A stretch of DNA of 53,536 nt from contig BTVV01000036.1 of the NCBI GenBank assembly GCA_045863855.1, forward strand, positions 1 through 53,536, in the 5' to 3' direction. Below are positions 1 through 9,155 of the stretch, piece after piece (position 1 is the stretch's first letter; each line of letters starts with the position of its first letter). Under the pieces are notes generated by a model, which was given only the letters and a program-made list of their open reading frames with translations, was not told the origin of the DNA and searched no databases. The position numbers and the translations under genes are program-made. The DNA comes from Planctomycetota bacterium (GTDB taxonomy: Bacteria; Planctomycetota; SZUA-567; H5-PLA8).

Positions 1-17
1 TCCAGGAGGCCGACGAC

Positions 18-467
18 GTGCAACCTTGGCCCGGCTCGAATCGAACATCTTCCACCGGTGCGGCACTGTTGATCCTCGCCGCCGCACTGGGCGGGATGGG
101 GGTGCTTTACTTCCGCGAGCGCGAGGCGCGGACGCGGGACGCCGAACGTCGCGTACGCGAGGAAGTGCTCACCGCACAGGAACGATTTGCCACAGCGCCG
201 GAGGGCATCCCCGAAATCCCGGCGAAGCACGAATCGACCGCGCTGCCGGCTTCGCTCCTCGAGGCACCCGCCGCCGAAACGACTGCATTCTCGCCCGGAC
301 CCGAAGCCGCGCCCAGGCAGGAAGCGCTCTGGCTGACCGGCGCGGCCGGCGAACTCGAAGCGCTCAATGCGCGCCTGCGCGCCGGATGGCGCACCGTGCA
401 GGTAGTTCCTCTTACCGGCGGAGCCGGATCCGGCGGGCGGATCCTGGTAATCGTCGAGCGTCCGTAG
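18..467 (+). CDS. Hypothetical membrane-anchored protein with a C-terminal DUF4177-like motif
   Basis: AGGAGG at 4-9 before GTG; N-terminal hydrophobic helix; C-terminal 'LNARLRAGWRTVQV...ILVIVERP'. The frame is open from the window edge, so the true start may lie upstream. Confidence 0.6.
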   Translation: MQPWPGSNRTSSTGAALLILAAALGGMGVLYFREREARTRDAERRVREEVLTAQERFATAPEGIPEIPAKHESTALPASLLEAPAAETTAFSPGPEAAPRQEALWLTGAAGELEALNARLRAGWRTVQVVPLTGGAGSGGRILVIVERP

Positions 468-512
468 TTCGGCCTTTCACACTGCTGGCGCCGGCGCTCG
501 CTCACCCATAGC

Positions 513-1550
513 ATGGCCTCTTCGAAACCCAAGAAAGGAATGCTCATGCCCACACCGGTGCGCGTACCCCGCAACCACGGACCCCGAATCCTCACGGGCT
601 ATACGCTCAACGGATACGAACTCGCCTACCTCGAAAACGCCAAGCTCCGCATAGCCGTGAATCTCTCGCGCGGCAGCCATATCCCCGAACTGGTCTACAA
701 GCCGCGCGACCTCGACCTGATGTTCAAGCCGCCGCAAGGGCATCTGCATCACACGGCCTTCATACCCACTGCTCACGACGAGAAACCGTACTTCGATCAC
801 CACGCGGGGGGCTGGTTCGAGTGCTTCCCCAGCGGTGGGCCACCGGTCGAATACCACGGCGGCCGTCTGGGCTTTCACGGCGAACTGTGGGGCACCCCTT
901 TCGCCGTCGAGCGGATTGAAGAGTCCGCGGACGGCTGCGCGCTGACGCTGGTCGCGCGAACCCACCGCACGCCTTTTGAAGTGCGTAAGACCTTCAAGCT
1001 GACCGCGGACGAGGCTGAACTTACCATCACCGAGCGCGTGACCAATCTGGGCGCCGTGGACTTGGATGTGCTGTGGGGCCAGCACCCCACCTTCGGTGCT
1101 CCGTTCGTGGACGAACACGCGTATGTCGAAGCCCCGGCCTCAAAATACCTCGAAGCGCCGGATGCCCAGACGTTCAAACCCTGGCCGCGCGGGCCGCTGG
1201 CCGATGGCGACTTGCGCCGCGTGCGCGGGCAGGAGAGCCGCAGCGGCAAAATGGCCTACCTTACGGGCCTCGACGAGGGCCGAGCGCGCCTCGTTTCACC
1301 CAGCCACGGCCTCGCGTTCGAATTACGCTGGGACGCCACAAGGTTTCCGTATCTTTGGTATTACGAGAACGCCGGGCAGACGGGGTTGCCTTGGTTCGGT
1401 CGCGGCTACGCCGTGGCGCTGGAACCCTTTACCGGCGCGGGCTGGAGCCAGGCCGAAGGCAAGCCAACGCTGACGATTCGCGCCGGCGCAAGCGTCGAGG
1501 CCGCATTCGTCGCGCGCTGCGAGGATTTTCCTGCCGCTCGTATTCCCTAA
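513..1550 (+). CDS. Aldose 1-epimerase/galactose mutarotase-like protein (DUF4432-like)
   Basis: Motifs LENAKLRI, GGWFECFP, FHGELW, WGQHPTFG, FPYLWY, LEP. Confidence 0.8.
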   Translation: MASSKPKKGMLMPTPVRVPRNHGPRILTGYTLNGYELAYLENAKLRIAVNLSRGSHIPELVYKPRDLDLMFKPPQGHLHHTAFIPTAHDEKPYFDHHAGGWFECFPSGGPPVEYHGGRLGFHGELWGTPFAVERIEESADGCALTLVARTHRTPFEVRKTFKLTADEAELTITERVTNLGAVDLDVLWGQHPTFGAPFVDEHAYVEAPASKYLEAPDAQTFKPWPRGPLADGDLRRVRGQESRSGKMAYLTGLDEGRARLVSPSHGLAFELRWDATRFPYLWYYENAGQTGLPWFGRGYAVALEPFTGAGWSQAEGKPTLTIRAGASVEAAFVARCEDFPAARIP

Positions 1551-1553
1551 AGC

Positions 1554-2225
1554 TCAGAACGCTTCTTCGTCAAGGATGATCGCAACTTCGCCCGATGCGA
1601 CGCAGCGCAGCGCGATGGTCACGAAATGCATGTCGTTCTCGTCCAGCGCGTCTTCTCCGTAGTCGAAGCCCACCGCCACTTCGAACGTATGCCCTCCGCA
1701 ACTGCTGCGGTATGGGAAAGTCTGCGGGGCGACGCGTGTATTCCGCGGCATGCCCCAGTAGAGTTGCCGGTCATAAAGCAAAATCATGCGCCCCGTCTTG
1801 CGGCTGAACGCGCGCACGACCCCTTCCTCCTCGTTCAGCTCTACAAGGAACAGTCGCGCTTGCGCGTCGTCCGCCTCCAATTCCGAACGCTTGCGCGGTT
1901 GCGGCGTCAGCCGCTCGGAACTCTGCGGGCTGATCCGTTCGGCGTGATGCGCCTTAAGCGCGGCACGGCGCTTGGAACTGATGCGCTTGCGATTGGGGTC
2001 GTCGGACTTTTCGGCTTCTTCGAGGTATTGGAGGGCCGCATTCGCTTTGTCGGGACAGTGCAGCGCGCGAACGACGGAAACAGGATGCTCGACCGAACTC
2101 TTCACCACTTCGGCCAAATTGCCGCGTATTTCGGTGAGGTAGCCCTGGAGATGCAAAGGCCCATTGAAAGGGGGACCGCGCCCCGGTTCTCCCGCCTGCT
2201 CCGTATCTTCGAGCGGGTCCTGCAC
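1554..2225 (-). CDS. Hypothetical protein
   Basis: 3' part of the 1554..2474 ORF; GTG at 2225 lies just after the upstream gene's stop; protein-like composition. Confidence 0.6.
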   Translation of the reverse strand: MQDPLEDTEQAGEPGRGPPFNGPLHLQGYLTEIRGNLAEVVKSSVEHPVSVVRALHCPDKANAALQYLEEAEKSDDPNRKRISSKRRAALKAHHAERISPQSSERLTPQPRKRSELEADDAQARLFLVELNEEEGVVRAFSRKTGRMILLYDRQLYWGMPRNTRVAPQTFPYRSSCGGHTFEVAVGFDYGEDALDENDMHFVTIALRCVASGEVAIILDEEAF

Positions 2226-2230
2226 GTTCT

Positions 2231-2929
2231 TTACCCCACGGTCAAAATGCGCCCGCAACTGGGACAAAGGACCAGTTCTTTGGCCAGGATGGCCATGTTG
2301 TGTACTTGCGGGGGCAAGCCCATGTAGCAGGCCGAACAGACGGTGCCGGTCACGCGCGAGATGGCGTCGCCGCGGCTGACGACGATGCGGTCGTAAATAC
2401 CCAGTTCTTTCAGCGGTAGATCCTTGGTCATGCCGGCGCGCTGTTGAGCCAGCTTCGATTCTTCGGCCTTCCACTCCGCCACCTGAGCCTCGACGACCTT
2501 TCGCTCGGCCGCCAGCGCCGCGTTCAACTGATCCAGCCGAGCCTGAATCTCGCCCGACTCCTTCTGCAGATTCTCGACCAGTTGCATCAATTCCAGCGTC
2601 TGCGACTCGATCTGCTGGTTGGTCCGCTTCTGTGCGTCTATGCTGCGCCGGACCGATTCGAACTCCTTGGGCGTCCGCAGCACGCTCATCTGGCTGCTGT
2701 AGCGCTTCATGGCCGCGCCGCCGACCTTCAACTCCTCGTCCTTCTCCTCGATCTGCTCCTGGAGTTTGGCGATCTCGGCTTTGCGCCGCTCGATCTGGTC
2801 CACCAACAACTTGGGTTCTTCTTCTTTGACCGCAAGCTCCTTGGGCAGGCGCTCGAGATCCTTGCGCAGCGTGCGCAGCTTCAAGTCTACGTCATTCAGG
2901 ATGCGAAACTGCTCGATGATCGATTTCAT
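2231..2929 (-). CDS. Coiled-coil protein with C-terminal C4 zinc ribbon (DUF164/CdsZ/HP0958-like)
   Basis: Long coiled coil, then YDRI...CSACYMGLPPQ...CPSCGRIL. Confidence 0.9.
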   Translation of the reverse strand: MKSIIEQFRILNDVDLKLRTLRKDLERLPKELAVKEEEPKLLVDQIERRKAEIAKLQEQIEEKDEELKVGGAAMKRYSSQMSVLRTPKEFESVRRSIDAQKRTNQQIESQTLELMQLVENLQKESGEIQARLDQLNAALAAERKVVEAQVAEWKAEESKLAQQRAGMTKDLPLKELGIYDRIVVSRGDAISRVTGTVCSACYMGLPPQVHNMAILAKELVLCPSCGRILTVG

Positions 2930-3088
2930 GGACGCCCATCTGTGGTTGCCGCAGGCCGGGGGCGCGCCACGGGGAACCGGGACCAACCCGGCCCCGCGCC
3001 CGATTCCGGGCGAGGCGCGACCGCTCACCGAATAAGTCTACTAGCCCCGCCCCGCGTTAGCATCAAACGAAAATGCAGCCCGCGACCC

Positions 3089-4729
3089 TCATTCGGACGG
3101 CTTTCCAGCGCTCTTGCGAGCCTGGTTCAGCTTGTACTCCACGCTGTCGACCAGCGCGTGCCAACTCGCCTCGATGATATTCTCGCTTACCCCCACCGTC
3201 GTCCAGCGCTGCCGATGATCGGAACTGACGATGCTGACCAGCACCTTCGCGGCGGTCGCCGCCCGGGGATTCACCACACGCACCTTATAGTCCATCAGGT
3301 GCATATCCTTCAGGTCGGGGTAGAAGCCGTAAAGAGCTTTACGCAGCGCGCCGTCCAGCGCGTTCACCGGGCCGTTCCCGTCGCACGCGGTATGCTCGGT
3401 CTGGCCGTTCACTTCCAGCTTCACCGTAGCTACGGTGGTGGCCCGGGCCTGCTCATCGACATCGACGCTGACGCGGAAATCGTGGAGCTTGAAATACGGT
3501 TTCTGCCTGCCGAGCGTCCGCTCGACGAGCAGTTCGAAGCTCGCGTCCGCGGCCTCGAAGACATAGCCCTCATTCTCCAGTTCCATCAGCCGCTGGATCA
3601 CCTTGCGCTGCGCTTCGGGATCGTCTTTCAAGCCAAAGCGGTCGCCCTTCGTCGCGACGAGGTTGCTCCGACCGGAGAGTTCGCTGATTAGGACGCGCCG
3701 CGTGTTCCCGACGCTTTCGGGATCGACATGCTCGTACGTCGCCGGCGCACGATTCACGGCGCTGACGTGGATGCCGCCCTTATGTGCGAACGCGCTCTTG
3801 CCGACGAACGGCTGGTTGTCGCGCAACGGGAGGTTGCCGACTTCGTAAACGAAGCGGCTGGCCTCGGTGAGCTTCCTCAGCGATTCGGCTCCACGCAGGC
3901 AGTCGTATCCCAGCTTGAGTTGCAGGTTCGCGATCACCGGAGTCAGGTCCACGTTTCCGCAGCGCTCGCCGAATCCGTTGATCGTGCCCTGGACATGCGT
4001 GCAGCCGGCCTCAACCGCCGCGAGCGCGTTGGCCACCGCCACTCCGCTGTCGTTGTGCGGATGAATACCCAAGCGCACGCCGTCGAATCGTTTGCGCACT
4101 TCGCCTACGATCCGCGCGACTTCCGCGGAAAGCGTTCCGCCGTTGGTGTCGCAAAGCACCAGGCACTGCGCGCCGCCCTTTAGCGCCGCTTCCAGCGAGC
4201 GCAGCGCGTAATCGGGGTTGCGCAAGTACCCGTCGAAGAAATGCTCCGCGTCGTACAACATCTCCGAGCAATGCGCTTTCAGATACTCCACCGAGGTGCG
4301 GATCATCGCCAGATTGTCGTCTAGCGAAACCCTCAGCGCGTCGGTGACGTGAAAGTCCCAGCTTTTGCCGAAGATGATCAGCACGGGTGCGCGGCTTTCC
4401 ACGAGGGCGCGCAGATTGGGGTCGTCCGCGGGCTTGTTCTTGGCATGGCGCGTGGAGCCGAAAGCGGTGATCTTCGCGTGCTTCCAGGTCTCGTTAACCG
4501 AACGGTCGAAGAAGCCCATATCTTTAGGGTTGCTGCCCGGCCAGCCGCCTTCGATATAATCCACACCCAGTTCATCCAGTTCGTGGGCGATGTCCAGCTT
4601 GTCTTCCAGGGAGTACGCGACGTGCTCCGACTGCGTACCGTCGCGCAGGGTGGTGTCGAAAATCTGGACTCGAACGCCTTTGGACGGCGGACGCACGTAA
4701 TGCGGGGACGGAGCTTCGGGGCTGGACAT
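3089..4729 (-). CDS. cimA: Citramalate synthase
   Basis: DTTLRDGTQ, IEGGWPGSNPKD, HPHND, AFAHKGGIH, GPVNALD, TVGVSENIIEASW. Confidence 0.92.
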   Translation of the reverse strand: MSSPEAPSPHYVRPPSKGVRVQIFDTTLRDGTQSEHVAYSLEDKLDIAHELDELGVDYIEGGWPGSNPKDMGFFDRSVNETWKHAKITAFGSTRHAKNKPADDPNLRALVESRAPVLIIFGKSWDFHVTDALRVSLDDNLAMIRTSVEYLKAHCSEMLYDAEHFFDGYLRNPDYALRSLEAALKGGAQCLVLCDTNGGTLSAEVARIVGEVRKRFDGVRLGIHPHNDSGVAVANALAAVEAGCTHVQGTINGFGERCGNVDLTPVIANLQLKLGYDCLRGAESLRKLTEASRFVYEVGNLPLRDNQPFVGKSAFAHKGGIHVSAVNRAPATYEHVDPESVGNTRRVLISELSGRSNLVATKGDRFGLKDDPEAQRKVIQRLMELENEGYVFEAADASFELLVERTLGRQKPYFKLHDFRVSVDVDEQARATTVATVKLEVNGQTEHTACDGNGPVNALDGALRKALYGFYPDLKDMHLMDYKVRVVNPRAATAAKVLVSIVSSDHRQRWTTVGVSENIIEASWHALVDSVEYKLNQARKSAGKPSE

Positions 4730-5077
4730 GGAACCATCCTTACCAATCGGTTTCGTACAGCTTCATGTTAGGAACGTGCAAGTGCGCTACGAGTGCGCGT
4801 ACGATGTGAGGAAATGGGGCGCGTGCGAGCGCCGTCCCACGGGCGTGGGTCAGCGGATAATGGCGGCCCTGCCGCGTAACGTCTTCGCGGGCAGGGCGTT
4901 CGCTCCTCGAACGAATAGGTGGACCATCGGGCCGGTACTCCCAGCTTCCGTTACGCAGCCCCAACGGGGCGCGAAGGTTGGAACTGTAGGCCCAGGCGGC
5001 TTAAAGTCAAGTCCTTGCATGCGGATGCGGAGAATGGCAGGATCAATGCCGTACGCATGGAGATCGCGCCGAACGGT

Positions 5078-5995
5078 ATGTCCACCGCCACGCAGCCGCC
5101 GACCCCGGGCTTCAGCTTTCAGCAAGCCATTCTCGATCTCGAACGCCTGACCGGCTTCGGAGTGTCGTTTCATAACCACGGGCAGATGCCGCGGATCAGT
5201 TGGCAGGAGCAACCCGCGAAGCGCGGACAGCATGAAGGCAGCCGGAACCATCTTTCGGATTACTGCGAAACGATGAAGAGCACCCCGGCCGGTACGGCGG
5301 CGTGCCTGGCGTGCGACAGCACGCGCGCGCACGAAAAAGCAGGAAACGCCGGACGCCCCTGCATCTGGCGCTGCCACGCCGGGCTGACCGAGGTGCTCAT
5401 CCCGGTCTCGGCCGACGGGCGCCACTACGGCACGCTCTTCGCCGGTCAAGCGCGCACGCCGGACCTATCGGAGCGCGAACTCGAACGGCTGCGCAAGCGC
5501 TGGGCAAAGCTGGGGCACGATCCGCGGCGTATCGAACGCTTGATGAATGCCCTCCCGCTGGCAGAACCCGAACGAATGCAGGCACTGGCGCGGACCGCCG
5601 GCATGCTGGCCGAGTACGCGGCTTCCCGCGCCCGCGCGCAGACCATCGCCCGCGCACAAGCCGCCGAGAAGCGCACGCCCGTCGACCGCGCGCTCAGCCT
5701 GATGCTCGAACATCTCGCCGAACCGCTCTCTTTGGAGGAGATCGCCGAACGCGTACATCTCAGCCCCAGCCGTCTGAGCCACCTTTTTACGCAACAGGAA
5801 GGCGAGAGTTTTCGCGACCGGCTGCTGCAGATGCGTATCGAACTTGCCAAGGAGCTTCTCAGCACGACGCCTTTGCCGGTAGGGGAGGTTGCGCGCCGCG
5901 TGGGCTACGCCGACCCCAATTTCTTCAGCCGCATCTTCCACGAGAAGACCGGCTTGGCGCCGCGCGAGCACCGGCGCCGCTACGCCCAAGCTTGA
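5078..5995 (+). CDS. AraC-family regulator with N-terminal PocR ligand-binding domain
   Basis: PocR-type Cys pattern (YC...CLACD...CHAGL...GQ); C-terminal AraC HTH (VGYADPNFFSRIF). Start uncertain. Confidence 0.9.
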   Translation: MSTATQPPTPGFSFQQAILDLERLTGFGVSFHNHGQMPRISWQEQPAKRGQHEGSRNHLSDYCETMKSTPAGTAACLACDSTRAHEKAGNAGRPCIWRCHAGLTEVLIPVSADGRHYGTLFAGQARTPDLSERELERLRKRWAKLGHDPRRIERLMNALPLAEPERMQALARTAGMLAEYAASRARAQTIARAQAAEKRTPVDRALSLMLEHLAEPLSLEEIAERVHLSPSRLSHLFTQQEGESFRDRLLQMRIELAKELLSTTPLPVGEVARRVGYADPNFFSRIFHEKTGLAPREHRRRYAQA

Positions 5996-6060
5996 GCGTT
6001 TCGACTCGCCTTCATCCGTGCTTTTTATGGAAATTCCGTGCCTGGAATTTATTTTTGGGA

Positions 6061-6091
6061 TTATCCAATCTTTACACGAATTAACTACCAT
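6061..6091 (+). promoter_or_regulatory. Pho-box-like direct repeats overlapping a -10 element
   Basis: TTATCC (6061), TTTACA (6071), TTAACT (6081) at 10-bp period; TACCAT at 6086-6091; AT-rich intergenic region. Confidence 0.35.
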
Positions 6092-6180
6092 CCCGCCGAG
6101 ACCTAAAGCAAGCAGGCGGGCGAATTGCGAGGCCGCCAGGCCCCTCCCCGCTTGCGCTTCCGACGAGAGGCCCGCGCACG

Positions 6181-7041
6181 GTGCCCAAAACCCGTTACCG
6201 CAGCATCTTCATCTCCGACACGCATCTTTGCTCCAGGGACGCGCAGGCCGACGTGCTCCTGCATTTCTTGAAGCATACGAAAAGCGAATATCTGTACCTC
6301 GTCGGCGACTTCATCGATGTCTGGCAGCTCCGGCGGCGATGGCATTGGCCGCAGGTGTACAGCAACGTGATTCACCGCATCCTCAGCCGCGTAAAAAAAG
6401 GCACGAAGGTCGTCTATATACCGGGCAATCACGATGAGTTTTTCAGAGATTTCCTGGGCACGCAGTTCGGGGGCGTGCAGATCTTGCCGCGCACTTTCCA
6501 CCGCACCGCGGACGGGCGCCGGATGCTGGTCATGCACGGCGACGAATTCGACGTGGTGGTGCAGTGCAACAAGTGGCTGGCCGTGCTGGGCAGTGCGGCC
6601 TACGAGTACCTGGTCACAGCCAACCGGGTGCTGAATATCGCGCGCCGGCGCGCGCGGCTGCCGTACTGGTCGCTGGCCGCTTACTGCAAACGCCGGGTTA
6701 AGAACGCGGCCAAGTACATCAACCGCTTCGAATCGGCGCTGATCCACGAAGGCCGCCACCTCGGTGTCGACGGCGTCATCTGCGGCCACATCCACACGCC
6801 GGTCATCAAGTCGATGCAGGATCTGCTCTACTGCAACACCGGCGATTGGGTCGAAAACTGTACCGCGCTGGTGGAACGCGAAGACGGCACGTTGGAGATC
6901 GTGCACTGGATTCCGCACTATCAGCAGGCCATGAGCCAAGCGCACGAGGCGGAGCCGGAACCTGAAGAAGACGACGTACCGGCCGAACCGATGACGCCCG
7001 CCGCCGAACGCTTGATCCGTCAACTGGCTTCCGTCGAATGA
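6181..7041 (+). CDS. plcP: PlcP/LpxH2-type metallophosphoesterase (probable phospholipase C)
   Basis: FISDTHL, LVGDFIDVW, WHWPQ, GNHDE, HGDEFD, YWSL, CGHIH, NTGDWVENC. Confidence 0.8.
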   Translation: MPKTRYRSIFISDTHLCSRDAQADVLLHFLKHTKSEYLYLVGDFIDVWQLRRRWHWPQVYSNVIHRILSRVKKGTKVVYIPGNHDEFFRDFLGTQFGGVQILPRTFHRTADGRRMLVMHGDEFDVVVQCNKWLAVLGSAAYEYLVTANRVLNIARRRARLPYWSLAAYCKRRVKNAAKYINRFESALIHEGRHLGVDGVICGHIHTPVIKSMQDLLYCNTGDWVENCTALVEREDGTLEIVHWIPHYQQAMSQAHEAEPEPEEDDVPAEPMTPAAERLIRQLASVE

Positions 7042-8228
7042 ACCGTCCACCGCGCATCGCACTGCTTTCCGTACGCATCGGCGCCGGGCATTTCCGGGCG
7101 GCGGAAGCCGTCGCCGAAGGCCTGCGCCGGCTCGAACCGGAAGCGCAGATCGACCACCTCGACGCGTTCCGCTTCTTCAATCCGGTCTTCAGGGCATCCT
7201 TCATGGGTTTCTATACCGGCATGCTGCGCGCCGCTCCGGGGGCATGGCGCAGCATGTACGAAGCCATGGAGCTGCGGCCGGCCGGCCATTGGACGCACCG
7301 CTTCAACGCCTGGTTCGACCGCCAGCATGCCGGACGCCTGCGCGCTCATTTGCAACGTGCCGATTACGACGCCGTGGTCTGCACGCACTACCTGCCCGTC
7401 GAAGTCTGCGCGCACCTGCGCCGCGCGGGAAAGCTGCGCGCGCCGCTCCATGTGGTCCTCACCGACTTTCAGATTCACACGATGTGGATCCAGCCGGGCG
7501 TGGACCGCTATCACGTGGCGACTCCGGAAATGGCCGACGCCCTGCGCACCAAAGCCGGTCCGAAGCCGCAGATCGACGCGACCGGCATTCCCATCCTGGC
7601 AGCCTTTGGAGACGAGTCCGAGCCGCGCGAAGCGTTGCGCCTGCGGCTGGGGCTCGAGCCGGGCCGGCCCGTGGCGCTCGTCGCCGGGGGCGGCTTCGGA
7701 CTTGGCGCGGGCGCTCGACTCGTCGAAACGCTCGCCGAAGCGATCCCATGCACGCAGTGGCTCTGCATCGCCGGCACCAACCGCGCGCTACTGGAAGACC
7801 TCAACCGCGCCGCCATCCGCTTTCCGGGGCGGATTCGCACCTTCGGTTATGTCGAGAACATGCACGAACTCACACGCGCCGCGGACCTGGCCGTGACCAA
7901 GTGCGGCGGGCTTACGAGCAGCGAATGCCTGGCGCGCGGACTGCCGATGGTCGTCGTCCATCCGATACCGGGACAGGAAGAACGCAATGCCGACTTCCTG
8001 CTGGAGTGCGGCGTGGCCGTCCGCCCGCACGGTACGGCCCAACTGATCTTCAAAGTGCGCGAACTGTTCCAGGAACCCGAGCGGCTGGAACGCATGCGCT
8101 TTGCGGCGAGACACGCCGCGCGCCCCCAAGCTCAGGATTCGATCGCGCGAGCCATCCTCGGCCCCACGGCGGCGGCCGCGCCCGTTCCCACGGCGCCGGC
8201 ACGGCTGGCCGCGACGATGGCGGTCTAA
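7038..8228 (+). CDS. GT28 monoglycosyldiacylglycerol synthase (MGDG synthase/UgtP-like)
   Basis: GAGH..AA, TDF..H..W, TGIPI, TKCGGLTSSE, IPGQEERNA; ATGA overlap with the upstream gene. Confidence 0.88.
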   Translation: MNRPPRIALLSVRIGAGHFRAAEAVAEGLRRLEPEAQIDHLDAFRFFNPVFRASFMGFYTGMLRAAPGAWRSMYEAMELRPAGHWTHRFNAWFDRQHAGRLRAHLQRADYDAVVCTHYLPVEVCAHLRRAGKLRAPLHVVLTDFQIHTMWIQPGVDRYHVATPEMADALRTKAGPKPQIDATGIPILAAFGDESEPREALRLRLGLEPGRPVALVAGGGFGLGAGARLVETLAEAIPCTQWLCIAGTNRALLEDLNRAAIRFPGRIRTFGYVENMHELTRAADLAVTKCGGLTSSECLARGLPMVVVHPIPGQEERNADFLLECGVAVRPHGTAQLIFKVRELFQEPERLERMRFAARHAARPQAQDSIARAILGPTAAAAPVPTAPARLAATMAV

Positions 8229-8249
8229 TCGCCGCTCTTCGAGGATGCG

Positions 8250-9146
8250 CTACAGTCCATGGACGCGCGCCAACGCCAAACCGTGCTCGCCGGCCACGGA
8301 ATAGAAAATCCAGGTCGCATCGCCTTCGCGGTACAGCCCCGGATCGCGTAATTGCCAGACCCGTTCCGGCGCCCAGCCATACTTCGAAGGTTCATGCGGG
8401 CAGTCCACGCCTTCCCAATCGAACTCGGGCCGAATCAGCGAGATCGTTTCGCCTTCGGCCGACCAGACGTTCCAGTCCGGGCCAAGGCGGATGCGGGTGG
8501 CCAGAATATGTTCGGGGCTTTGGAACACTTGCGACCAGCAAACCGTCAGCGTATCGCCGTCGCGCAGCACCGCCGTGTGCCGCATGTACTCCAGCGGCGC
8601 GCGCGGGCCCTCCTCGTCGAAGACGATGCCGTCGCGGCTGCGGTACCAGCGCCCGCCGCGGGGATCGGCGTCCGCACGGCTGTCGCGGCACATGGCCAGC
8701 CCGTACCACGTCTCGCGGTAGCGGAATACGCGTAGGTACGGCTTGGCGTAGGCAACCGGTTCGGCCGTAAAATTCAACCCGTCCGCCGAAAATGCGACCC
8801 CGGATTTCTGCCCGCCGCTGGCGTGCGGACCGTGGTAGTACATGCGAATGCGCCGCTCGGCCGCGTCGATATGAATATCCGGCGACGCGATGTGCCCGTG
8901 CATCGGCGTCTGTTCGAGGTGCAGCGTACCGGGTTCGTGCATGCGCCACGGTCCACCCAGATCGTCGGCGTACGCGAGGCGGATGTACGTGCCTTGGTGG
9001 TGCGCGAAATAGAGGTAATAGCGCCCCAGCGGTCGGGGCAGCCAATCGGGAACTTTAAGCAGCGACGGCCCGTTGATGTTGGCGCCCATCCGCGCATCCA
9101 TATGCGGTACGATCAACGGATTGTTCGGATGGCGATCGATACGCAT
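8250..9146 (-). CDS. Five-bladed beta-propeller glycoside hydrolase-like protein (GH43/GH32/GH130-like)
   Basis: NINGPSL, YYLYFAHHQG, HIASPD, QLRDP motifs. Confidence 0.7.
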   Translation of the reverse strand: MRIDRHPNNPLIVPHMDARMGANINGPSLLKVPDWLPRPLGRYYLYFAHHQGTYIRLAYADDLGGPWRMHEPGTLHLEQTPMHGHIASPDIHIDAAERRIRMYYHGPHASGGQKSGVAFSADGLNFTAEPVAYAKPYLRVFRYRETWYGLAMCRDSRADADPRGGRWYRSRDGIVFDEEGPRAPLEYMRHTAVLRDGDTLTVCWSQVFQSPEHILATRIRLGPDWNVWSAEGETISLIRPEFDWEGVDCPHEPSKYGWAPERVWQLRDPGLYREGDATWIFYSVAGEHGLALARVHGL

Positions 9147-9155
9147 GACCCCTCC

